From Polyangiaceae bacterium (GTDB lineage: Bacteria; Myxococcota_A; Polyangia; Polyangiales; Polyangiaceae), in assembly GCA_033763455.1 (NCBI GenBank), contig JANRKO010000027.1, positions 28,604 to 92,603 of the forward strand: 64,000 nucleotides of DNA, in the 5' to 3' direction. The translations under genes and the position numbers were made by a program. Each line of letters starts with the position of its first letter. Positions within the stretch are counted from its first letter, which is position 1. Positions 10,325 through 19,304 of this stretch are shown here, one piece after another. The notes under the pieces were generated by a model that saw only the letters and a program-made list of their open reading frames with translations, was not told the origin of the DNA and made no database searches.

Positions 10325-11455
10325 ATGCGCTATTTTCTACCCATCCTCGCCGTCTTAGCCGTTGTAGGGGGCCTCGTTTCCATCAAGGCGAGCCAAATCG
10401 GCATGTTGATCAACTTCGGTGAACAGGCGGCAAAGTCCGGGCCACCTCCCGAGGTCGTCGGAACCTCCGTTGCCCAACGCCAAGATTGGGCAACAAGCAT
10501 TGAGGCCGTTGGGAGCGTCGAGGCTGGCCGCGGCGTCACGATCAGCAACGAAAGCCCCGGGGTGGTCACTGCCATCCGTTTTGAATCCGGGGCTCAGGTC
10601 AAAACGGGGGACATTCTGGTGGAGCTGGATTCAAGCGTCGAACGCGCTCAGCTAGCCTCGGCCACAGCTCAACGCCAGCTTTCAGACAGCACTCTGAATC
10701 GCACCCGCGCGCTCGTTTCCGCCAGCGCGGTCGCAAGTTCTCAGCTCGATTCCGCGGAGTCTTCCGTCAAAACCTCAGCGGCCGAGGTGGCCGCCCTTCA
10801 AGCCCAAATCGCCAAAAAAGTAGTGCGCGCGCCTTTTAGCGGAAAGCTCGGCATTCGAACCGTGAACCTCGGTCAATATTTAAGCCCGGGCACACCGCTC
10901 ACCACGCTGCAATCCACCAACGACGAATACGTCGATTTTACCGTACCTCAGCAGCGGCTGCCTGAGCTTAGCCTCGGCTTGCCCGTGGTGTTCACTGTGA
11001 CTGGCGAAAACAGCCTCACACTTGACGGTACGGTGGCAGCCATCGACCCATCGATTGATCCGAATACCCGCTCTGTGAAAGTGCGAGCCACAGCTCTGGA
11101 CAAGGCCGAGCAACTACGCCCAGGCATGTTTGTGAACGTGAAGGTGCTGCTAGCGAAGGCTCGAAACCTCGTGACGGTCCCGGTCACGGCGATGGTATAC
11201 GCACCGTACGGCAACTCCCTGTTCGTAGTTGAAGACAAGACCACACCCGACGGAAAGCCTGGAAAGGCGGCACGCCAACAGTTTGTACGATCGAGTGAAG
11301 TTCGAGGGGATTTTGTGGCCATCGAAGAGGGCCTCAAGGGCGGAGAAACGGTCGTCACAGCTGGCGCTTTTAAGCTCCGAAATGGCTCCTTTGTGGTCAT
11401 CAACAATTCGGTGGGGCAAAAGCCTGAGCTTCAGCCTTCACCTGTGAACCACTGA
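10325..11455 (+). CDS. RND efflux periplasmic adaptor (MFP) subunit
   Basis: Lipoyl-like halves (VKTGDILVELD; VRAPFSGKLGIR), LRPGMFVNV, GLKGGETVVTAG. Confidence 0.93.
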   Translation: MRYFLPILAVLAVVGGLVSIKASQIGMLINFGEQAAKSGPPPEVVGTSVAQRQDWATSIEAVGSVEAGRGVTISNESPGVVTAIRFESGAQVKTGDILVELDSSVERAQLASATAQRQLSDSTLNRTRALVSASAVASSQLDSAESSVKTSAAEVAALQAQIAKKVVRAPFSGKLGIRTVNLGQYLSPGTPLTTLQSTNDEYVDFTVPQQRLPELSLGLPVVFTVTGENSLTLDGTVAAIDPSIDPNTRSVKVRATALDKAEQLRPGMFVNVKVLLAKARNLVTVPVTAMVYAPYGNSLFVVEDKTTPDGKPGKAARQQFVRSSEVRGDFVAIEEGLKGGETVVTAGAFKLRNGSFVVINNSVGQKPELQPSPVNH

Positions 11456-11466
11456 CGGAAGCGGCC

Positions 11467-14400
11467 ATGAAGTTTACTGACATCTTCGTTCGTCGACCGG
11501 TCTTGGCTATCGTTGTCAACCTTCTCATCTTAATCGGTGGGCTTCAGGCCATTCGTTCGCTCAACGTGCGGCAGTATCCAAAGCTTGAGAGCGCCACCGT
11601 AACCGTGCGCACTGCCTACGTGGGAGCCAATGCCGATCTCGTTCGTGGGTTCATCTCAACGCCATTGGAACGGGCCATCGCCGCCTCCGACGGCATCGAC
11701 TACATCGAATCTCAAAGCGTGCAGGGGCTATCCACGATCAACGTGCGCCTCAAGCTCAACTTCAACCCCGCCTCGGCCCTTGCAGACATCAGCGCGCGCG
11801 TGAACCAAGTGCGGGCGGATCTACCACCGGAAGCCGAAGTTCCCGCCATCAACATCGAGCCCTCTGATTCCCGTTTGGCTGCGATGTACCTAAGCTTTGG
11901 CTCGAAAATTTTGGAGGAAAATCAGGTTACGGACTACCTGATTCGCGTTGTGCAGCCGCGCCTGACGGCGATCGAAGGCGTGCAAAAAGCGGACATTCTC
12001 GGGGGGCGAGCCTTTGCCATTCGCGCCTGGTTGAAGCCGGAACGCATGGCGTCGCTAAACGTAAGCCCGAGCCAGGTGCGTCAAGCTTTGGCGGCGAACA
12101 ACTATCTCTCGGCAGTTGGACAAACGAAGGGCGCCCTCACCGCGCTCAATCTTACCGCCAGCACGGATCTTACGTCGCTGGACGACTTTAAGAAGCTCGT
12201 GATCCGCGAACAAGGCGGCTCATTGGTGCGCCTCGAAGACGTGGCAGAGGTGGTTCTCGGCGCCGACAACTACGACCAGGAAGTGCGCTTTTCTGGAAAG
12301 AAGGCCGTGTTCATGGGGGTTTGGGTGCTCCCCACGGCCAACTCGCTCGACGTCATAAAGGACGTGCGCAAAGAAGTTGAGAGCATTCAGAAAGAGCTAC
12401 CAAGCGGGATGGAAGCGTCCATCGCGTACGATTCAACCAAGTACATCAATAGCGCCATCGACGACGTAACGCGCACGCTACTCGAAACGGTGCTGATCGT
12501 TATTGTCGTTATCTTTCTGTTCCTCGGCTCCATGCGCACGGTATTGGTGCCACTCGTGGCGATTCCGGTGTCACTCATTGGTGCCGTCTTGCTAATGCAG
12601 ATGTTCGGCTTCACCGTAAATCTGCTCACGCTCTTGGCCATTGTGCTGGCTGTAGGCCTTGTCGTGGACGATGCGATCGTGGTCGTGGAAAACGTCGAGC
12701 GCCACATGCGTGACGGGAAATCCGCGTTGGAAGCATCGCTTGAGGGCGCACGCGAATTAGTGGGCCCCATCATCGCGATGACGGTTACCTTGGCCGCCGT
12801 CTACACGCCCATAGGCTTCCAGGGTGGACTCACGGGGGCACTGTTCCGCGAGTTTGCCTTCACTTTGGCGGGCGCCGTGCTGATTTCCGGCATCGTGGCG
12901 CTAACCCTTTCGCCCATGATGTCCTCAAAGCTTCTGCGTCCTCACGGGCAGGCAGGATGGCTTTCGCGGGCGATTGACGCTGGGTTTGAGCGTATCAGAT
13001 CGCTGTATGGGCGCTGGCTACACGCAACGCTGAAGACCCGGCGTTTAGTGTACGCAGGATGGATCCTGCTTTCGCTTTTGGTGGTGCCCCTCTATCTGTT
13101 CTCGCCACAGGAGCTGGCGCCGAATGAAGATCAAGGGGTTGTTTTTGGCGCTATCGATGTTCCGCCCAACGCGAGCTTAGAACAGCTCCTGCCCTACACC
13201 GAGCAGGTGCAGTCCGTATTCGCCTCCACTCCAGAATTCGACTACAGTTTTCAGATCACGTTTCCTTCTGGTGGTTTCGGCGGAATGATCGTGAAGCCTT
13301 GGGGGGAACGCGAACGCAGCATTTTCGAGATTCAGAACGAAGTATTCGGCAAGCTCACCCAAGTGGCCGGGTTGCGCGCACCTGCCTTTTTGCCCGCCCC
13401 TTTGCCAAGCCCGGGTCAATTTCCGATTGAATTTGTGATCGCTTCCACGGCTAGCCACGAAGAAATCGTAAAATTTGCTGAGCAGTTAGCGGGCGAAGCA
13501 ATGAAGAGCGGTCTGTTCGCATTCCCCCCCATCTTGGATGTTCGTATCGATCAAGCCAAGTCTGAGGTGGTGCTCGATAGGGACAAGCTCGCATCGATGG
13601 GGCTTTCGATGCAGCAAGTGGGCGGGGATCTTTCAGCGATGCTCAGCGGGAATTTCGTCAACCGGTTCAACATTGAGGGGCGAAGCTACAAGGTTATTCC
13701 GCAGATCGAGCGCGCTTCCAGGCTGAGCGTGGAACAGCTCAAGAACATCCATATCCAGGGGCGCGGTGGTAAGCTCATCCCGCTCGGTTCGGTGGCAACC
13801 TTCAAGCCCGGCGTCGAACCGCGCAGCCTGAATCGTTTTCAGCAGCTCAACTCCGTGAAGATCTCCGGGCTCGCCCCGCGCTCTTTGAACGACGGCTTGA
13901 AATTCCTGGAAGATAAGGCAGCCAGCGTTTTGCCGCCGGGCTACCACGTGGACTACACGGGCGAGTCACGGCAGTTGCGCCAAGAAGGCGGCAAATTTTT
14001 GCCCGCAATGGGGCTGGCCATTCTTTTGATCTTTCTGGTGCTGGCTGCGCAGTTCAACTCGTTTCGCGATCCTTTGGTGGTGCTTTTGGGCTCAGTACCG
14101 CTGGCGATGTTCGGCGCACTCATCTTCACATTCCTGAAGTTTTCTGGTCCCCCGGGGATGGATTTCAAGCTGACTTCTGGCTGGACCACCACACTCAATA
14201 TCTACTCGCAGGTTGGCCTGGTAACGCTCGTGGGTTTGGTGTCGAAGAACGCAATCCTCATCGTGGAGTTCGCTAACGCGCAGCAGGCTCTCGGTATGGG
14301 CAAGGTCGAAGCCGTACACCTCGCCGCTTTGACGCGCTTGCGCCCCATCTTGATGACCACCGTCGCCACGGTATGCGGGCACTTCCCACTCACGCTGGTA

Positions 14401-14592
14401 ACGGGCGCGGGAGCCGTTGCGCGTAACTCGATAGGTATCGTGTTGGTCGGTGGAATGACCATCGGCACCCTATTCACGCTGTTCGTCGTACCCAGCATCT
14501 ATGTGGCTATAGCCAAAGATCACCGCAAAGAAGCCTCCTCCCCAAACGAAGGCGCACCTGTCGCCGAAAACGAGCTCGTTACCGCAGCTTAG
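11467..14592 (+). CDS. RND efflux permease (AcrB/HAE1 family)
   Basis: 1041 aa; GLVVDDAIVVVENVER, KNAILIVEFAN, RLRPILMTT. Confidence 0.96.
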   Translation: MKFTDIFVRRPVLAIVVNLLILIGGLQAIRSLNVRQYPKLESATVTVRTAYVGANADLVRGFISTPLERAIAASDGIDYIESQSVQGLSTINVRLKLNFNPASALADISARVNQVRADLPPEAEVPAINIEPSDSRLAAMYLSFGSKILEENQVTDYLIRVVQPRLTAIEGVQKADILGGRAFAIRAWLKPERMASLNVSPSQVRQALAANNYLSAVGQTKGALTALNLTASTDLTSLDDFKKLVIREQGGSLVRLEDVAEVVLGADNYDQEVRFSGKKAVFMGVWVLPTANSLDVIKDVRKEVESIQKELPSGMEASIAYDSTKYINSAIDDVTRTLLETVLIVIVVIFLFLGSMRTVLVPLVAIPVSLIGAVLLMQMFGFTVNLLTLLAIVLAVGLVVDDAIVVVENVERHMRDGKSALEASLEGARELVGPIIAMTVTLAAVYTPIGFQGGLTGALFREFAFTLAGAVLISGIVALTLSPMMSSKLLRPHGQAGWLSRAIDAGFERIRSLYGRWLHATLKTRRLVYAGWILLSLLVVPLYLFSPQELAPNEDQGVVFGAIDVPPNASLEQLLPYTEQVQSVFASTPEFDYSFQITFPSGGFGGMIVKPWGERERSIFEIQNEVFGKLTQVAGLRAPAFLPAPLPSPGQFPIEFVIASTASHEEIVKFAEQLAGEAMKSGLFAFPPILDVRIDQAKSEVVLDRDKLASMGLSMQQVGGDLSAMLSGNFVNRFNIEGRSYKVIPQIERASRLSVEQLKNIHIQGRGGKLIPLGSVATFKPGVEPRSLNRFQQLNSVKISGLAPRSLNDGLKFLEDKAASVLPPGYHVDYTGESRQLRQEGGKFLPAMGLAILLIFLVLAAQFNSFRDPLVVLLGSVPLAMFGALIFTFLKFSGPPGMDFKLTSGWTTTLNIYSQVGLVTLVGLVSKNAILIVEFANAQQALGMGKVEAVHLAALTRLRPILMTTVATVCGHFPLTLVTGAGAVARNSIGIVLVGGMTIGTLFTLFVVPSIYVAIAKDHRKEASSPNEGAPVAENELVTAA

Positions 14593-14619
14593 CTCGCGCT
14601 CGTTCCTCAGAGATTTCGC

Positions 14620-14730
14620 ACCCGAGGACCGCCGCTTCGCGACTCGGGACCGCGCTCCAGCGAAACCTGCGACCGCGCCTTAGGAAACTCGGAACCACGC
14701 TCCAGCGAATCTCGTCTCCGCGGATGGGAA
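14620..14730. repeat. Five degenerate 21-23 bp tandem units between convergent genes
   Basis: acccgaggaccgccgcttcgcg / actcgggaccgcgctccagcgaa / acctgcgaccgcgccttaggaa / actcggaaccacgctccagcgaa / tctcgtctccgcggatgggaa; units 2 and 4 are 21/23 identical. Confidence 0.65.
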
Positions 14731-14763
14731 CTCGCGCCAAACGCTGTCTGACAAGACAGCGCG

Positions 14764-16818
14764 TCAACCCTTTCGCGCGGCCACCGTCGGCGAGAAACTG
14801 CGGGTGCTCGCTGGGCCTTCCGGCTGCGACAGTTCGATCACCAGGCAACGCAAAATTTCGGCCACGGCAACGGCGTAAGCGGGGCAACCGCGGAGGCGCA
14901 AAGGCTCTTCGCCTTCGGCAAACTGGGCGACTTGGCCCTCGACGGCTTGCTCCTTGGCGGCATTAACCAAAAGCGTGCGCAACTCGTCACGCACGCCGCG
15001 ATCTTCCCCCTTGAGCTGGATCGTAGCGCGCACGAAGAACCCGAGCAGGTGTGGCCAAACGCCGCCCTGGTGGTAAGCGGCTTCAGTTTCGACTTCGGAA
15101 AGCCCGAAGCGACCGACGAAGCGGGGGTCACTCGGAGCGAGCGTACGGAGCCCTCGCGGTGTTAACAATTCCTGGTTCGCGCGCGCCAGAATTAAATCAC
15201 GCTGCCAGCTCAAAAAGAGCCGGGGGTCAACGGCCAAGGCGATAACGGCATTCGGGCGAATGCTGCGATCAGCCCACGCCTCAGCCGCATCTCCCACCTC
15301 GCTCACGCAGTCAAACGGGTAGTCCGTTTCGCCACACCAAAACCGGGCCCCGAATCGCGCTCGAGTTCTCTCCTTCGCGGTGGTCGCGCGTTCGGCAAAC
15401 TCATAGTGCCCCACTTGGTTCGCTAAAAGGGCTAGGGTTTCGCAGCCACGAGCCCACAACGCTTGCCACTCAACCACCAGGCCTTGACGCTGAGAAACCC
15501 AGCGATCCCCGAGGTGGGAATCCATCCACGTGAGAGCCCGAGCCGGCTCTGAATTGGCAACCAAGCCATCCTCGGTGAGCCAAATCGTGCGGCGCTCCTT
15601 GCCGGATATTCGTTCAAAAGCCCGCGCCAGCGCTGGATACAGCTCCTCCAGAACAAACGGATCCGAAAGGCCCACTTGCTCAACGAACACGCGGGCAAGA
15701 TCGAACAACCAGAGCGTTGCATCTGGTGCGGACGCGTAAGAGGAAGAGCCTAACAACTGCTCGGAGAGGAGGCCCTCCTTCTGCGTGGAAAGAACCGTGC
15801 GCACAACGTCAATAGCCGCTTGCACTCGCCCGCACGCCAAATACAACCCTGGGATGGCAAGCACCATATCACGCACGTAGGCGCCCAAATGAGGGTACCC
15901 AGCGACCACCAACGGAGGCTCACGGCGATCCAAACAGAAGGCACTCGCGGAGATCGAAAGGCGCCTGACTTCCGGCGTATAAAGGGGGCCAACATCCGAA
16001 TCGAGGGCGGCTGCGCGCGCATCAGCGATAATCCGCTCGGGGGTAAATTTTGGCACGTCCCCGAACGCTGCTACCAAATACGAGGTAACTCCGGGTGTGA
16101 GCGGCAACTCGAACACGCCGGGAGTCCACATGTCTTCCTCGAAGGGGAGCCCGGCGCGTTGATCTTCTTCGTATTCGAACCGCCGCCACCAATCTGGAGA
16201 CCCCATAAAAATCCCCGAATGCGAGAACACAATGGGCGGCAAATCCGGCACCGGCTGCACTTCCACTTCGCCCAGCCGCACCACCACTCGCTGCATCATC
16301 GCTCCGTGCTCACGCGTGATGGCGCTCGCCTTGCGTAGCGGAAGCAACGGCCGCACCATGAGTTTGGCCTCGGTTGGGCCACGCCACGTGTAGCCGAGCA
16401 CGAGAATATTGTGGCCTGGGGCTAGTGCCAACGTCCGTTCGAACTCGTGTTTGTCTACCTTGTAAGTCCAGCGAGGCAACGGATCTTGAGAGAACCGCCG
16501 CAGCGAGCGGTAGCCAGGAGTCGGCGCGATGCCGGGAAACTGGTGCGTGGAAAGCCGAAAATGGCGATCGCCCACCTCGAGCAGCGCCTCGGCGTGACTC
16601 ACGACAACGTAGCGCTCCGCAGAACCCCCGTGGCTTGCCACCAAAATGCCATGTTGGCGGCGTGTGTGCATGAGCGCCAAAGTGCTCATGGCATAAGCAC
16701 CCGCGCCATTAGTGTGCAACCACTCGGTGCGAGCGCGGTCCAAATCGCCCTGCGTATCGACTACCGGCCAAATGCCGGCAGCGGACGACATGTCAGGAGA
16801 GAGCCTGTGAGGGCACAT
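14764..16818 (-). CDS. Amylo-alpha-1,6-glucosidase / glycogen debranching enzyme-like protein
   Basis: EWLHTNGAGAYA N-terminal domain; VVAGYP, LTWMD, IRPNAVIAL, LLTPRGLRTLAP, AYHQGGVWPHLLG. Confidence 0.88.
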   Translation of the reverse strand: MCPHRLSPDMSSAAGIWPVVDTQGDLDRARTEWLHTNGAGAYAMSTLALMHTRRQHGILVASHGGSAERYVVVSHAEALLEVGDRHFRLSTHQFPGIAPTPGYRSLRRFSQDPLPRWTYKVDKHEFERTLALAPGHNILVLGYTWRGPTEAKLMVRPLLPLRKASAITREHGAMMQRVVVRLGEVEVQPVPDLPPIVFSHSGIFMGSPDWWRRFEYEEDQRAGLPFEEDMWTPGVFELPLTPGVTSYLVAAFGDVPKFTPERIIADARAAALDSDVGPLYTPEVRRLSISASAFCLDRREPPLVVAGYPHLGAYVRDMVLAIPGLYLACGRVQAAIDVVRTVLSTQKEGLLSEQLLGSSSYASAPDATLWLFDLARVFVEQVGLSDPFVLEELYPALARAFERISGKERRTIWLTEDGLVANSEPARALTWMDSHLGDRWVSQRQGLVVEWQALWARGCETLALLANQVGHYEFAERATTAKERTRARFGARFWCGETDYPFDCVSEVGDAAEAWADRSIRPNAVIALAVDPRLFLSWQRDLILARANQELLTPRGLRTLAPSDPRFVGRFGLSEVETEAAYHQGGVWPHLLGFFVRATIQLKGEDRGVRDELRTLLVNAAKEQAVEGQVAQFAEGEEPLRLRGCPAYAVAVAEILRCLVIELSQPEGPASTRSFSPTVAARKG

Positions 16819-17720
16819 TAGCGAACTCCTGAGGGGAAAAGCACCCGCTCGGCAGCTTCGCGGAGCACTTGTGGGCTAGCCTTACGCCCTGTCCACAATT
16901 CGATGGACAGTACGGCCTGACCAACCAACATGCCGAGGCCACCCACCGCGTGGACCCCGTTTTTACCTGCTTCTCTCAAGAAGGGAGTCACTGGAGGATT
17001 GTACACAAGGTCGTAGGCCAAGGCGCCAGCATCCAGTTCATTCCAAGGAATTAGCCCGGCCAGGGTTTCACCCGGCTCGGCGCCCCGCATGCCCGCACTC
17101 GTAGCCTGAACCACGAGCCCCACGCCCTTCAAGGCATGTTGCCAGGACTTCTCCAAAACATCAGCGGGAAGGCCGAGCGGCGTCCCTCCGAGTTCCTGAA
17201 ACTTCGCCTGAAGAAGGCTGTTGGCGTTCCCTCCGGAAAATGCACGCGCTGCCACATAAATGGTCGAAACCCCCATGCGACGGCAAGCTGCCACGGCCGC
17301 GAGTGCTGCACCACCACTACCAAGCACGCAGGCCTTTTGAGGCAGATTTCGACTCCCAGAAGCGGTGAGTGGCTGGTATTGTTCCAGCTCCTCGGCCAGG
17401 GCGGCGACGTCGGTGTTGTGAGCCTCCACGCTTCCGTCCGGCATGCGACGAAGCACGTTGGCGGCGCCCACAGACACGGCAAGTGGATCAGCACGATCGG
17501 CCAAACTCAAAGCAAGTAACTTGTGAGGCACGGTTACGTTGGCGCCGTGGATTTCTCCGCTTCGCAAGCGATCAACCTGGGCACGCACGCTCGCTTCGTT
17601 CGGGCAATCTACCGGGAGATAAGAAGCATCCAGCTTCAGCTCAGCGTATGCGGCCGTGTGCATGGCCGGGGAAACGGAGTGCCCCACTGGATGGCCGATC
17701 AAGATAAACCGCAGGCTCAC
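16818..17720 (-). CDS. aroE: Shikimate dehydrogenase
   Basis: GHPVGHSVSPAMH, GANVTVPHK, HNTD, LGSGGAA, DLVYNP, GLGMLVGQA. Confidence 0.95.
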   Translation of the reverse strand: MSLRFILIGHPVGHSVSPAMHTAAYAELKLDASYLPVDCPNEASVRAQVDRLRSGEIHGANVTVPHKLLALSLADRADPLAVSVGAANVLRRMPDGSVEAHNTDVAALAEELEQYQPLTASGSRNLPQKACVLGSGGAALAAVAACRRMGVSTIYVAARAFSGGNANSLLQAKFQELGGTPLGLPADVLEKSWQHALKGVGLVVQATSAGMRGAEPGETLAGLIPWNELDAGALAYDLVYNPPVTPFLREAGKNGVHAVGGLGMLVGQAVLSIELWTGRKASPQVLREAAERVLFPSGVR

Positions 17721-19180
17721 GCTTCACCCCCCGCTTCACTCCTCGGTAAAAGCTGCGTCACTTCTGACAAAAAATCACCGTCTACCATGCGCACATGCAC
17801 GCGCTCGCCCACACGCACATCCTGGACGGTCATCATGACTCGGCCTTGAGGCTCGGTGCAGATCGCGTAACCGCGACCCAAAACGGCCAACGGTGATAGA
17901 GCGTGCAACCGACCGGCAAGGTTGGCCACTTCTGCGGCATTTCCCTGCAGCCGCAGGCGCATGTTGGCACCCAGTCGCTCGTGCAGCGGTAACAAGCAAG
18001 CTTTGAGGTGGTGCACACGCGTTCGAGGATGACGTTCCAACAAACGCCGTTCCAAAAGGCTGTGCACCTGGGTGCAGCGTGTCGAGCGACGCTTCATCGC
18101 GTTGGCGAGAGCTCGCACGAGTTGATCGAGATCCTGCTGACGCTGGATGAGCACAAAGCGTGGATCGCTAAGGCGCAAGCGGAGCGATTCCACGAGCCTT
18201 CGTTCTGAGGCCAAACGAGCGAGCCCAGCTCGGACCAATTGGGCTCGCATGCGCCGCAAGCGCTCTAGGCGCGCCGCCTCATCCGGAATTACGAGCTCGG
18301 CCGCCTGCGAAGGAGTGGCTGCGCGCACGTCTGCCACAAGATCTGTCAGGCTGTAATCAATTTCGTGACCCACAGCGCTCACCACGGGCACCCGCACTCG
18401 CGCCACACGCCGCACTACGCGTTCATCGCTGAAGGCCAAAAGATCTTCAAGGGAGCCTCCGCCGCGACCGACGATCAGCACATCCAGGCCTGGGTAGCGT
18501 TCAATTAAGTCGATGGCTGCGAGGATGCTCGCGGGCGCTTCTTCACCCTGTACCGTGGCGGGCGCAAGCACCAAGGTAACGCCACCACGTCGGAAAGCAA
18601 CGCTCCGAATATCGTGAAATGCAGCTCCGGATGCGCTGGTGACCACACCGACAACTCTGGGGCTGTCCGGGAGCGGCCGCTTACGTTCAGCTTCAAACAA
18701 GCCCTCGCGTGAGAGCTTAACCTTCAGCTCCTCGAGCGCCAGAAGTAGAGCTCCGCGCCCGAAGGGTCGGGCGCGCTCGGCGACAAACTGCAAACGCCCA
18801 CGCGGTGCCCAAACGGTAGCCTTACCCCAAATCAAGAGCCGCGCCCCCTCTTCCAAGCACTTCCGCGCTCGCGCCGCCTGGAATTTGTACATCACGCAGT
18901 CAATGACGGCGTCTTCCTCTTCGTCTTTGAGGGTGAAATAGACATGCCCACTCTGCGCGCGTGTAAGCGAGCCGATTTCCCCCTGCACCCATTCACCCGC
19001 GCTCACTTCTTCGGCCACGCGCTTGATGCGCCGAGTGAGCTCCGCCACACTCACAATGCGTTCTGGCGAATTCTGTGGGCTTTCCCCGCTCACGGCAGGC
19101 CCGGGTATAGACGAGACGGCTGGGGTTGTCGCCAGGGAATTACCAAAAGCCGCTCTCGGTAGTGCTGCAGCCACGCTCAC
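17717..19180 (-). CDS. xseA: Exodeoxyribonuclease VII large subunit
   Basis: SGHVYFTLKD, GVVTSASGAAFHDI, GRGGGSLEDL, SAVGHEID, ALSPLAVLGRGY; true start may be a little downstream. Confidence 0.96.
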   Translation of the reverse strand: MSVAAALPRAAFGNSLATTPAVSSIPGPAVSGESPQNSPERIVSVAELTRRIKRVAEEVSAGEWVQGEIGSLTRAQSGHVYFTLKDEEEDAVIDCVMYKFQAARARKCLEEGARLLIWGKATVWAPRGRLQFVAERARPFGRGALLLALEELKVKLSREGLFEAERKRPLPDSPRVVGVVTSASGAAFHDIRSVAFRRGGVTLVLAPATVQGEEAPASILAAIDLIERYPGLDVLIVGRGGGSLEDLLAFSDERVVRRVARVRVPVVSAVGHEIDYSLTDLVADVRAATPSQAAELVIPDEAARLERLRRMRAQLVRAGLARLASERRLVESLRLRLSDPRFVLIQRQQDLDQLVRALANAMKRRSTRCTQVHSLLERRLLERHPRTRVHHLKACLLPLHERLGANMRLRLQGNAAEVANLAGRLHALSPLAVLGRGYAICTEPQGRVMMTVQDVRVGERVHVRMVDGDFLSEVTQLLPRSEAGGEA

Positions 19181-19304
19181 ACGCGTACAACCCCGTGTTG
19201 ACCTAACAACCCAGAAACACCTCGCAGCAATTTTTCCGTTGTTCCAGCCACGGCACCGACCTATCGTCTCGTCACCGCAAAAGCTGCCGCTTCAGAGTGC
19301 TACC

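Noticed and set aside
14620..14730. Possible mini-CRISPR (23-bp repeat, 22-bp spacer)
   Set aside because: Only two close copies, the 'spacers' resemble the repeats, and no cas genes are in the window.
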